DNA of 64,000 nt. Source: Bacteroidia bacterium. Lineage in GTDB: Bacteria > Bacteroidota > Bacteroidia > M30B66. Below are positions 31,448 through 40,829 of this stretch, one piece after another. The stretch is from positions 1,376,001-1,440,000 of the forward strand of contig OZ257142.1 of assembly GCA_965279035.1 (NCBI GenBank), written 5' to 3'. The notes beneath the pieces are model-generated. The model made no database searches. It was not told where the DNA came from and saw only the letters and a program-made list of their open reading frames with translations. How positions within the stretch are numbered: the stretch's first letter is position 1; the number at the start of each line of letters is the position of its first letter. The translations under genes and the position numbers were made by a program.

Positions 31448-32815
31448 ATGAATATTCGGTCGAGGCTTACCCTGCAATTCTTGCTGATAAATGCCTTGAT
31501 TTTAATTATCGTTTCACTGTTTACTTATTATTTATCCTCTGAATATCGAAAGGAAGAATTTTACGAAAGGCTCTCTAAAAAGGCTCAAACAACAGCTCGA
31601 CTTCTCATCGAAATTGATGAAATCGATTTGGAATTGCTCAAAATTATCGACCGTTCGGATTTTGGAACACTTCCCGAAGAAGCCATTTATATTTACGATC
31701 AACAAGGAGAACTAGTTTATCAATCGAATGATGTTTCGACATTTGTTGTTGATACTGGCATGATTGAAAAAGTGAAAAATGGTCAGCATTACTTTGATTA
31801 TAAAAAAGGAATTGAAGTGTATGGATATATTTATTCAGATCCCAATCATCCTTATGTGATTATTGCAGGAGCTCTAGATAAGTTCGGGCTTAGTAAACTC
31901 AGAAACCTAAGAGATATATTGATTTTAGTTGTATTAACTGGGATAGTGATGGTTTCTATTTCCGGTTGGATATTTTCGGGTAAGGCACTCGCTCCAATTT
32001 CGGCAGTTGTTTCACAAGTGAACTCTATTACAATTAATCAACTGAATCTTCGGGTTGATGAAGGGGAAAACACCGATGAAATTTCTCTGATGGCTTCTAC
32101 GTTTAATCGATTACTTGATCGTATTGAAGAAGCATTTCAAATGCAAAAACAATTTGTTGCCAATGCATCACATGAAATTAGAACACCTTTAACGGTATTG
32201 TCGGGACAGCTCGAAGTTGCTTTACTAAAAGATAGATCTATTGAACAGTATCAAAAGATTTTAAGTTCGTTGAAGGAAGATTTAGGAAACCTCAATTTAA
32301 CTGCTAACCGACTTCTATTATTAGCTCAAGCAGATGCTCAATCTGAAAATCTTGATTCAAAGAGTTTTAGATTAGATGAAACCTTATGGCAAATTCAATC
32401 CGAAATGATGAAGCGATTTCCGAAAGCTGAAATTGATATTCATTTTGGTAAAGTGCCCGAATCAGAATCCGATTTTATGGTTTTAGGAAATGAACAACTT
32501 CTTCGAGTGGCAATAAGTAATGTTATTGAAAATGCTTTAAAGTATTCTAATCCACCTCATTGCACTGTTATTTTTGATTCCGCAGAAAATCATAAATCCA
32601 TCACTGTTATTGATCAAGGTGTAGGAATTCCATTAGAAGAGCAACAGAAAATATTTTTGCCTTTTTATAGGTCTTCTTCCGTTATGAATGCTCCTGGTCA
32701 TGGACTGGGATTGGCTATGGTGAAAAAGATTATTCAACTTCATCATGGCGAAGTACAATTAAGCTCCACTTTAGGCGTTGGTACTGAGTTGAAATTGATT
32801 CTTCCAAATTCTTAA
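31448..32815 (+). CDS. Sensor histidine kinase (2 TM, HAMP, HisKA, HATPase)
   Basis: FVANASHEIRTPLT, NVIENALKYS, D.GVGI, G.GLGLA. Confidence 0.95.
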   Translation: MNIRSRLTLQFLLINALILIIVSLFTYYLSSEYRKEEFYERLSKKAQTTARLLIEIDEIDLELLKIIDRSDFGTLPEEAIYIYDQQGELVYQSNDVSTFVVDTGMIEKVKNGQHYFDYKKGIEVYGYIYSDPNHPYVIIAGALDKFGLSKLRNLRDILILVVLTGIVMVSISGWIFSGKALAPISAVVSQVNSITINQLNLRVDEGENTDEISLMASTFNRLLDRIEEAFQMQKQFVANASHEIRTPLTVLSGQLEVALLKDRSIEQYQKILSSLKEDLGNLNLTANRLLLLAQADAQSENLDSKSFRLDETLWQIQSEMMKRFPKAEIDIHFGKVPESESDFMVLGNEQLLRVAISNVIENALKYSNPPHCTVIFDSAENHKSITVIDQGVGIPLEEQQKIFLPFYRSSSVMNAPGHGLGLAMVKKIIQLHHGEVQLSSTLGVGTELKLILPNS

Positions 32816-32871
32816 TGGAATTTAAATCTCCTTGGAATTTTCCTTTCAAAAAAAATCATCAGATTTGAAGT

Positions 32872-33765
32872 ATGTTCAAAAAGGGGGGATCACAAATCAA
32901 TACAACAAACAAATCATTTTTGTTGTCTATTTCTGCAATTAGTGCTTTAATTATCGGCACTGGTATTTTGTTTTTCAATAATCGCAAAATGCTAGATGAT
33001 ATTCGGGCTGAACGAGTAAATTCAGAATCGATTATTCATGATCGTAATTTTGCACTTCAAGAGATTAAAGTCCTTAAAAAGGAAAACGCTCATCTAAAAG
33101 ATGAAAATCAAAAGCTCGAAGAAGAATCAAAATTTGAGCATCATTCGCTTGAACTTGCTAATTCCAAATTGAATTCATTTCAAACGAAAGTGAATGAAAT
33201 CAAACTTCTGGAGAAGCAAATTGCACAATTTCAAACGATAAAATTTAATAGCGAAGCGGATAACATTCGGCTCAATGATCAATTCCAGGCTTCCCAAAAA
33301 TTGAATCAAATTCAAGATCAAATTATTCGATCCAAAGAGAAAGAAATTGAAGTTCTTTCTGCAAGAATTAAAGAACATGCAAACAAAGCCATCTTGTTTG
33401 ATGTTGAAGCTCGTAAATCTTTAAAGGGTAATTTAACAACGAAAGCACGAAGCACTCGATCGATACATATTGAATTCTCAATCTCTCAGGGAACAATTCC
33501 GTTGAATGCGCCTTTGTATGTTACACTCACAGATTTACAACTTGGAAAGGGGATTTCAGGAAATGAACTACCGATATCAATTCAGGTTGATGGTGAAAAT
33601 ATTACTTTAAATCCTGTCGCTTTTGCTCGCTGGGAAGGAAAAGGAATTGCAGATCGGATGGAATTAGATGTTGAATTGATGCAAAAACTTTCTAAAGGTC
33701 AATATCAAGTAGATGTTTATTCCGATACACGTTATTTAGGTGGTTCAAGATTGAGGTTACAATAA
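32872..33765 (+). CDS. Membrane-anchored coiled-coil hypothetical protein with a C-terminal beta-sandwich
   Basis: One N-terminal TM, heptad-rich middle, C-terminal LSKGQYQVDVY...LG. Confidence 0.7.
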   Translation: MFKKGGSQINTTNKSFLLSISAISALIIGTGILFFNNRKMLDDIRAERVNSESIIHDRNFALQEIKVLKKENAHLKDENQKLEEESKFEHHSLELANSKLNSFQTKVNEIKLLEKQIAQFQTIKFNSEADNIRLNDQFQASQKLNQIQDQIIRSKEKEIEVLSARIKEHANKAILFDVEARKSLKGNLTTKARSTRSIHIEFSISQGTIPLNAPLYVTLTDLQLGKGISGNELPISIQVDGENITLNPVAFARWEGKGIADRMELDVELMQKLSKGQYQVDVYSDTRYLGGSRLRLQ

Positions 33766-33795
33766 TGAAGATTTGTTTATTGGTTAATTTCAACG

Positions 33796-33827
33796 AAGCC
33801 AGTGCTCATTTGAGTCCTGGCTTTTTT
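33796..33827 (+). terminator. Intrinsic terminator
   Basis: AAGCCAG...CTGGCTTTTTT. Confidence 0.65.
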
Positions 33828-33912
33828 GATATGTAAGGTTGATAGTACTTTTCTAGCAACTAAAAATCAACAGAACAGTAAAGTGATTTATCGAAATGAA
33901 TAATTCAGACTT

Positions 33913-34767
33913 ATGCTGGGATTTTACCAACCGATATCGAGCTGGACTCATCTACTGGGAGCCCTGATAACACTATGTACTGGAGCTATCTTAATTCGAC
34001 GTGGTTGGGGTAATCAAATTCGAGTAGGCTCGCTCATTGTTTTTATGATCGGTATTGTTCTGATGTTTACGATGAGTGGAATTTATCATGCACTTGAGCC
34101 TGGGCTTGGTCGTCAAGTTTTTAGACGCCTTGATTATGCTGCAATTTTTGTCATGATTGCAGGAACTGCAACACCTATCCATGTGATCTTGTTTAGAGGA
34201 TGGTGGCGCTGGGGAATGTTAATCTATTTATGGGTTGTTGCTATTGTTGGATTATTATTAACGGTAATCCTTATCGATCAAATCCCCGAATGGGCAACTC
34301 TAACGGTTTTTATGGCTTTGGGTTGGACAGCGCTTGCATCCATATTGAAAGCAGGAAGATTATATGGTTTTATAGCTATTCGATTGGCTTTACTAGGCGG
34401 TTTGTTTTATTGTGTTGGAGCCGCAATTGATTTTCTTCGCTGGCCTGTTTTAATACAGGATTTTATTGGACCTCATGAAATATTTCATGTGTTTGTCATG
34501 CTTGGTGCAGCAGCACATTGGAAACTCATTTACAATTGGGCTGATCAACCAACCCATTCTCGCTTGATTTTTTTAGTGAAAGAACGGTCTGAAAATGAGC
34601 TATTTGCAAGAGCTGTTGGTGAATCTATTTTCGTTTCTGCAACCTCACGTCATGAATTACGTATTCGAGTAAAGGAAAAGTTAGATCAACAATTTCATCC
34701 TCGACTTATTCCCTCTAAAATCAGGTTTCGCTATTACAGAGATGTGGTAATGAAACTAAGTGCATAA
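33913..34767 (+). CDS. Haemolysin-III/PAQR (TrhA-like) membrane protein with an extra C-terminal HicB-like domain
   Basis: SSWTH, SGIYH, RRLDYAAIFVMIAGT.TP, HEIFHVFVM; about 70-aa soluble tail LIFLVKE...ARAVGESIFV.A. Confidence 0.85.
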   Translation: MLGFYQPISSWTHLLGALITLCTGAILIRRGWGNQIRVGSLIVFMIGIVLMFTMSGIYHALEPGLGRQVFRRLDYAAIFVMIAGTATPIHVILFRGWWRWGMLIYLWVVAIVGLLLTVILIDQIPEWATLTVFMALGWTALASILKAGRLYGFIAIRLALLGGLFYCVGAAIDFLRWPVLIQDFIGPHEIFHVFVMLGAAAHWKLIYNWADQPTHSRLIFLVKERSENELFARAVGESIFVSATSRHELRIRVKEKLDQQFHPRLIPSKIRFRYYRDVVMKLSA

Positions 34768-34920
34768 ACAGTTTATACAAAATTTATTGAGCAGATTTTA
34801 CTATCCAACGTACGTGAAATTGACAAGGTGTTAATCTTTGTGAAAAGCATCTTTTCCGGACAATTTTCCGGCAATTCAACGTTTAAAGTTGGCTTGTTGA
34901 ACTTCTTAATATTTTGTTGT

Positions 34921-35082
34921 ATGTCTATGTCAATGCTTGAATACAGTAAAGTGATTTTGGAAAATGTAAGTTTTGATCCATCCTTATTTATCAAAGAACT
35001 TCGAAAAGCGTTTAAACGACTCATGGAGCCCGAGGCAGAAGAACTTATGATTTGGTGTATTGCTCGATATAATTTCCCATAA
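34921..35082 (+). CDS. Small conserved Bacteroidota hypothetical protein
   Basis: MLEYSK.IL..VSFD..LF.KEL.KA..RL...E..EL..W pattern, recalled from Bacteroidota small proteins; followed by a terminator. Confidence 0.75.
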   Translation: MSMSMLEYSKVILENVSFDPSLFIKELRKAFKRLMEPEAEELMIWCIARYNFP

Positions 35083-35105
35083 TTTTTAGGAATATTGAAT
35101 TTATG

Positions 35106-35144
35106 AAAATGCCGACTTATTCAATTAGGTCGGCATTTTATTTT
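35106..35144 (+). terminator. Intrinsic terminator
   Basis: AAAATGCCGAC-TTATTCAATTAG-GTCGGCATTTT. Confidence 0.75.
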
Positions 35145-35187
35145 AAACCGTGAAAGAGTGTATTTTTGCGCATTAATAAAGTAGGAA

Positions 35188-36390
35188 ATGAATTACGATT
35201 GCATTGTTATAGGTGGCGGAATAGTTGGACTTGCCACAGCATATACTTTACTCAACGAAAAACCAGAATTGAAAATACTCCTCTTGGAGAAAGAAGAAAA
35301 ACTAGCACAACATCAAACTGGAAATAATAGTGGTGTAATTCATTCAGGACTTTATTATAAACCCGGATCTTTAAAAGCAACAAACTGCATTCAAGGATAT
35401 CAAATGTTACTGGAATTTGCCAAAATACATGGGATTCCATTTGATTTATGTGGGAAGGTTGTCGTAGCAACGAACGAGGCTCAAAGGCCTTTATTGCAAA
35501 ATTTATATCAACGAGGCATTGAGAATGGTTTGAATGATATTCGAATGATTACTGAGGCGGAACTCAAAAAAATTGAACCCCATTGTAGAGGAATTGAAGC
35601 CATTCAGGTTCCATATACTGGGATTATCGATTATACTGCAGTGTCAATCAAATTAGGTGAATTAATTCAGCAATTCGGAGGTAAAATTCAAACCAATACA
35701 AAGGTTACTGGGATTCAATTAAAAGCTGATACAGGAGCTACAATACAAACCAATCTGGGTGATTTTTCCTGCAATCTCGTTATAAACTGTGCTGGATTGT
35801 ATTCAGATAAAATAGCTTCTATGACACATCCAGATATAGATGTGCGCATTATTCCATTTCGTGGGGAGTATTTTATGTTGCGAGAAGATCGACGCTCCTT
35901 GGTGAATACTTTAATCTATCCAGTTCCTGATCCTAATTTTCCATTTCTTGGTGTTCATTTTACTAAAATGATAGATGGTGGAGTTGAGGCTGGACCGAAC
36001 GCCGTTTTTGCATTTAAGCGTGAAGGGTATACTCGAAGTTCATTCAATGTTTCAGAACTATGGGAATCGCTTAGTTGGCCTGGCTTCCGTAAAGTAGCTA
36101 CCAAATATTGGAAAACTGGAATGGGTGAATATTATCGTTCATTTAATAAATCAGCTTTTACTAAAGCTCTTCAAGAATTAATTCCTGAAGTAAATCAAAA
36201 CGATTTGATTCCAGCTGGAGCAGGAGTTCGTGCCCAAGCATGTGATCGTTCAGGTGGATTAATAGATGATTTCGTTTTTTTAGAGAAAGAATCTGTGATT
36301 CATGTGTTGAATGCGCCTTCACCAGCAGCAACATCCTCTCTTTCTATTGGGAAAACCATTGCCAACATGGGATTGAAAAGATTTGAGTAA
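35188..36390 (+). CDS. lhgO: L-2-hydroxyglutarate oxidase
   Basis: GGGIVGLA, HQTGNNSGVIHSGLYY.PGSLKA, IYPVPDP.FPFLGVHFT, NAPSPAATSSL. TATTTTTG -7 element at 35161. Confidence 0.93.
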   Translation: MNYDCIVIGGGIVGLATAYTLLNEKPELKILLLEKEEKLAQHQTGNNSGVIHSGLYYKPGSLKATNCIQGYQMLLEFAKIHGIPFDLCGKVVVATNEAQRPLLQNLYQRGIENGLNDIRMITEAELKKIEPHCRGIEAIQVPYTGIIDYTAVSIKLGELIQQFGGKIQTNTKVTGIQLKADTGATIQTNLGDFSCNLVINCAGLYSDKIASMTHPDIDVRIIPFRGEYFMLREDRRSLVNTLIYPVPDPNFPFLGVHFTKMIDGGVEAGPNAVFAFKREGYTRSSFNVSELWESLSWPGFRKVATKYWKTGMGEYYRSFNKSAFTKALQELIPEVNQNDLIPAGAGVRAQACDRSGGLIDDFVFLEKESVIHVLNAPSPAATSSLSIGKTIANMGLKRFE

Positions 36391-36576
36391 CATACCAAAT
36401 CAAGCATATTTTCGTTAACTTCATTCGATGGAATTTTACTAATCATCGCTACATTGTTAATATTTTGACGATTTTTTTAATCTATACATGGATTGAAATT
36501 TAATTCAGTTGTTAGTTTTGCATTTATTCTAAACATCTACCCAACGAGTTCCTATAAAATGGAGCATTAGAATGAA

Positions 36577-39500
36577 ATGAAGTTTACTCGAATACTTTTT
36601 ATAACCCTTTTCATTGTTTCTTCTTTTACCCATGTTTATTCACAAGGTAGAAGAGAGTATATCGTGTTTGATGGCTTTTTAACTACTGAAACAGGTTCTT
36701 TATCAGATGGCGCATCTGTTAAATTGCTATGTAATGGTAGAAATGAGTATTTGAAATTTGATCCATTAACCGGAAAATTTCAAGTACGTGTTGGTTTAAA
36801 TAAAGAATGCGAAATTAGTTTTACAAAGCCAGGTTGCATTTCAACTATCGTTTCGTTGAATACAATTTGTCCCAAAGAACGCGTTGATGAAGGCTTTCCC
36901 GATTACGAACTCAATGTGGTTTTAAAGCCTGAAATTGAGAAAGTTCCATTTACAGTAAAGCATGAAGTTGTATACGATGATGATGTATATAATTTTGATT
37001 TTAAAGAAGATTTTGGTCGATCTACTAATCGACAATTAAAGGAATACAAAGAATTAACAAGTAATTCTAAAGCAAAAGCTGAAGAACAAGCTCGACTTGC
37101 AGAAGAGAAGAAAAAAGCAGAAGAGTTAAAAAAGCAACAATTAGCTGAACAAAAAGCAGCTGCAGAACGAGCAAAAATTGTTGCAGATTCATTAGCTTCA
37201 GCTCAATCATCAGCCGAAAAAGCTAAGCGAGAAGCTGAAGCGAAAGCCAAGGCAGAGGCTGAAGCTGCAGAAAAAGCGAAACTAGAAAATGATTTATTGG
37301 CTAGAAAAGCGGCAGAAGAGAAACTCCGTTTAGAAAAAGAAGCAGCAGAGAAAGCTCGAAAAGAGGCTGAGGAAAGAGCAAAATTGGATGCTATTGCTCG
37401 GGAGAAATTAGATAGAGATGCAAGAGAAGCGGCTGAAAAAGCCAAACGTGAAGCAGATGAAAAAGCACGTTTAGATGCTATTGCAGCAGATAAAGCTCAA
37501 AGAGAAGCTGCTGAGAAAGCAAAGTTAGAAGCTGAGAAAGCAGAGAAAGCACGAATTGCTGCTGAAGAAAAAGCCCGTTTAGAAGCTTTGGCTAGAGAAA
37601 AAGCGCAGAAAGAAGCTGATGAAAAAGCTCGGAAAGAAGAAATTGAACGAGCTCGATTAGCTGCAGAAACTGCGAAACTAGCGGAAAAGGAGACAAACAA
37701 AAGAAAGAAAGATTCTTTAGAAGCTGTGATGAAGCAACAACAACTTGCAGAGATTAAAGCACAGCAAGAGTTGGATGCTCGTCGTAAACTGGAGCAAGAA
37801 GCTGCTGAAAAAGCTCGATTAGAAGCAATAGCAAGGGATTTAGCTGATAAAGAAGCAGCATTAAAAGCAAAAAAAGAAGCGGAGGCCAAAGCGAAAGCAG
37901 AAGCGGAAGCTAAAATAGCTGCGGATAAAGCAGCTGCAGAGAAAGCACGATTAGCTGCAGAAGAAAAAGCGAAACAAGATGCTCTTACGAAAGCAGCCGA
38001 AGAAAAAGCTCAAAAGGAAGCTGCTTTAAAGGCCAAATTAGAAGCAGAAGCGAAAGCGAAAGCGGATTCCGAGGCGAAAGCCAAAGCTGAAGCTGAATTG
38101 CAAGCTAAAATTAAAGCAGATGCAGAGAAAGCTCGTTTAGAGGCTGCAGAAAAAGCAAAACAAGACGCACTAGCGAAAGCAGCTGCTGAAAAAGCACAAA
38201 AAGAAGCAGATCTAAAAGCAAAAGCAGAAGCAGATGCTAAATTAAAAGCAGAAGCAGATTCAATTGCAAAAGCAGAAGCAGAAGCTAAAGCAGCTGCAGA
38301 GAAGGCTCGTTTAGAAGCAGCCGAAAAAGCGAAACAAGACGCACTTGCCAAAGCAGCAGCCGAAAAAGCTCAAAAAGAAGCTGAGTTAAAAGCGAGAGCA
38401 GAAGCAGAAGCAAAAGCGAAAGCAGAAGCGGATTCATTGGCTAAATTGGATGCAGAAGCAAAGGCAGCTGCTGAGAAGGCACGTATTGAAGCAGCTGAAA
38501 AAGCGAAACAAGATGCCATAGCAAAAGCAGCAGCCGAAAAAGCCCAGAAGGATGCTGAATTAAAAGCAAGATCTGATGCCGAAGCAAAAGCGAAAGCCGA
38601 AGCTGAAGCCAAACTAGCTGAAGAAAAAGCCCAAAAAGCAGCAGCCGAAAAAGCACGTTTAGAAGCAGAAGCAGCTGAAAAAGCTCGATTAATTGCTGAA
38701 GAAAAAGCTCGTATTGAAGCTGAAGCAAAAGCAAAAGCGGAGAAAGATAGCCTTACTAAAGCTCAAAAAGAGGCTGAAGCAAAAGCAAAATTAGAAGCAG
38801 AAGCTGCAATCAAAGCGAAGAAAGAAGCCGACGAAAAAGCGCGTAAAGAGGCAGAGGAAAAAGCAAGAATTGAAGCAGAAGCACTTGCAAAAGCGAAGAA
38901 AGAAGCAGATGAAAAAGCGCGTATAGAACGTGAAGCAACAGAGAAAGCAAAGCGTGAAGCAGAACTAAAAGCGAAGCTGGAAGCCGAAAAATTAGTGGCT
39001 GAAGAAAAAGCGGCTGCTGAAAAATTACGTTTGGAAGCTGAAGCTAAAGCAAAACAAGAGGCAGAAATGCAGGCTAAAGCTCGTGCTGAGGCTGAATTGA
39101 AAGCTAAACAAGAAAAAGAAGCTGCAGAGAAAGCGAAAATAGAAGCTGAAGAAAAAGCGCGTCAAGAATCTGTAGCAAAAGCAGCTGAAGAAAAAGCGAA
39201 ACGCGATGCTGAAGAAAAAGCAAAACGTGAAGCAGAAGAAAAAGCCCGTTTGCAAGCTATAGCAGATGCAGCGAAAGAAAAAGCTCGTAAAGAAGCTGAA
39301 GAAAAAGCAACTCGTGAAGCAGCAGAAAAGGCTAGACAAGAAGCTATAGCCAAAGCAGCAGCAGAAAAAGCACGCGTAGAAGCTGAAGCAAAAGCGAAAG
39401 CCGAAGCTGACGAGAAAGCAAGACGCGATGCAGCAGCAAAAGTATTGGCTGATAAAGCAGCAAAAGAAGCTGAAGAGGCCGCCGAACGCGCTAAACCTAC

Positions 39501-39714
39501 AGAGCAACGCGTACGTGAACGCATCGAAAAGATGATGAAGGAGGGCTTGAAAGACGAAAACGTTATTCTTCGTCCTTATGAAGCCGCTCTTCAAGGATAT
39601 GCCACTAAATTTTATGGCTATATCAACTTTGGAGACGGTAAAGGAAACATCGAATTAACAAAAGAGGAATTCCTCGAATATGCGAAACGATTCAAGATTG
39701 CACAGGGCAAGTAA
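36577..39714 (+). CDS. Exported protein with a very long Ala/Glu/Lys-rich helical region (TolA-like composition only)
   Basis: Signal peptide VYS-Q, about 140-aa globular N-domain, about 810-aa AEK-rich region, short C-domain. Confidence 0.85.
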   Translation: MKFTRILFITLFIVSSFTHVYSQGRREYIVFDGFLTTETGSLSDGASVKLLCNGRNEYLKFDPLTGKFQVRVGLNKECEISFTKPGCISTIVSLNTICPKERVDEGFPDYELNVVLKPEIEKVPFTVKHEVVYDDDVYNFDFKEDFGRSTNRQLKEYKELTSNSKAKAEEQARLAEEKKKAEELKKQQLAEQKAAAERAKIVADSLASAQSSAEKAKREAEAKAKAEAEAAEKAKLENDLLARKAAEEKLRLEKEAAEKARKEAEERAKLDAIAREKLDRDAREAAEKAKREADEKARLDAIAADKAQREAAEKAKLEAEKAEKARIAAEEKARLEALAREKAQKEADEKARKEEIERARLAAETAKLAEKETNKRKKDSLEAVMKQQQLAEIKAQQELDARRKLEQEAAEKARLEAIARDLADKEAALKAKKEAEAKAKAEAEAKIAADKAAAEKARLAAEEKAKQDALTKAAEEKAQKEAALKAKLEAEAKAKADSEAKAKAEAELQAKIKADAEKARLEAAEKAKQDALAKAAAEKAQKEADLKAKAEADAKLKAEADSIAKAEAEAKAAAEKARLEAAEKAKQDALAKAAAEKAQKEAELKARAEAEAKAKAEADSLAKLDAEAKAAAEKARIEAAEKAKQDAIAKAAAEKAQKDAELKARSDAEAKAKAEAEAKLAEEKAQKAAAEKARLEAEAAEKARLIAEEKARIEAEAKAKAEKDSLTKAQKEAEAKAKLEAEAAIKAKKEADEKARKEAEEKARIEAEALAKAKKEADEKARIEREATEKAKREAELKAKLEAEKLVAEEKAAAEKLRLEAEAKAKQEAEMQAKARAEAELKAKQEKEAAEKAKIEAEEKARQESVAKAAEEKAKRDAEEKAKREAEEKARLQAIADAAKEKARKEAEEKATREAAEKARQEAIAKAAAEKARVEAEAKAKAEADEKARRDAAAKVLADKAAKEAEEAAERAKPTEQRVRERIEKMMKEGLKDENVILRPYEAALQGYATKFYGYINFGDGKGNIELTKEEFLEYAKRFKIAQGK
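37930..38660 (+). repeat. Intragenic tandem repeat, about 4 copies of a 174-186 nt (58-62 aa) unit
   Basis: The CAAGA(T/C) of AKQDA recurs at 37975, 38161, 38335 and 38509 (spacings 186, 174, 174). Confidence 0.8.
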
Positions 39715-39747
39715 TTTCAAACTTTCGTTGAGGTAAAACCTAGAAAT

Positions 39748-40755
39748 TTAATTGAGGTCTTGAATATCTAGCATACCAATCAACTGCCCATCTTCTATCA
39801 CGAGAATATTGTCGATACGTTTTTCTTTGAGAATTCGAGATGCCTCAATAAGTAAGGCACTTGCTTCTATAGAAATCGGCTGTTTGAATTGGATTTCAGA
39901 AAGTTTCATCTGAAGGATATCTTTACCTCCTCCTTGTAGCAATCGTCTCAAATCACCATCGGTAAAAACACCAGCTACCGATTCCTTTTCATCCAAAACC
40001 GCTACAGCACCAAATCCTCCTTGACTCATTTGTACCACTGCGTCCAAAATGCTGTCTTTCAAATGCACTATGGGATTATTTCCACGCAAAGCATCTTTCA
40101 CTTGTACAGTAATCATACGAGTATGTTCTGAAAATTGCTGATTACTTTGACTTGAATAATCATTCTCTGTTAATCCTTTTAAAATATTCCAAGGAAGTGC
40201 AATTGCCTGAACACCGATGTTTATAGCATTTCGAACATGTTCTGATGAACGAACTGCTGTCATCATGATGCGTGTAGGGTAGTTGTATTTTAACCCACAT
40301 GCTATGGATTGCTCAAACAATGCAGTAGAATCATAGCCATGATCTTGTAAACGTCCAGTTGGAATGCTCACATAAGAAGCTCCAGCCTGCATTGAAACAT
40401 ACGCTTGTTGTAAAGTAAATACAGATTGAATATTCACTTTTATACCTTCTTTGCTCAGTAGTTTACAGGCTTTAATACCTTCCATCGAAACAGGAATTCT
40501 GAAAACGGTATTGTCGGAAGTCAAACCTAAATCCATCAATCGATGTGCATCATGCACGATGGTTTCAGCTTTTTCACCAATAGCATCAATCTGAATAACC
40601 GGAGCTAAACGAGTGAGCTTTTGGAGTAATGTCTTTTCATCCGTTGTGACTGTGCGATGGATAAATGAGGGTGTTGCAGTTAATCCAGCTGGGATTCCTG
40701 ATTTAAATGCTTCTTCAATCTCTTTCAGATCGTGTGATTCGAGGTACAGTTCCAT
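39748..40755 (-). CDS. Transaldolase/FSA-like domain fused to a CBS pair
   Basis: MELYLES...GLTATPS...VFRIPVSMEGIKAC..L...GIKVN...AGASYVS...GRL; CBS motifs GVFTDGDLRR and GMLDIQDL. Confidence 0.85.
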   Translation of the reverse strand: MELYLESHDLKEIEEAFKSGIPAGLTATPSFIHRTVTTDEKTLLQKLTRLAPVIQIDAIGEKAETIVHDAHRLMDLGLTSDNTVFRIPVSMEGIKACKLLSKEGIKVNIQSVFTLQQAYVSMQAGASYVSIPTGRLQDHGYDSTALFEQSIACGLKYNYPTRIMMTAVRSSEHVRNAINIGVQAIALPWNILKGLTENDYSSQSNQQFSEHTRMITVQVKDALRGNNPIVHLKDSILDAVVQMSQGGFGAVAVLDEKESVAGVFTDGDLRRLLQGGGKDILQMKLSEIQFKQPISIEASALLIEASRILKEKRIDNILVIEDGQLIGMLDIQDLN

Positions 40756-40829
40756 GCAATCTTTAATAGCGAAATTCTAAATACAAAGGAAACAGAAATT
40801 CAGGTATCCTTTCCAATCAATTCTATTCC

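Noticed and set aside
34768-34920. HicA toxin gene downstream of the HicB-like domain
   Set aside because: No ORF with a GSH-type HicA motif was found here, and the small protein at 34921 has a different pattern.
37930-38660. Possible CRISPR or non-coding repeat array
   Set aside because: The repeats are in-frame, degenerate at synonymous sites and lack spacers. No cas genes are present.
37203-39594. Several antisense ORFs rich in Ala/Ser/Phe/Leu
   Set aside because: Shadows of the low-complexity GCA/GAA/AAA codons on the plus strand.
36577-39714. TolA call
   Set aside because: The resemblance is compositional only. The signal looks cleavable, there is no TolA C-domain, and there are no tolQ/R/B/pal neighbours.
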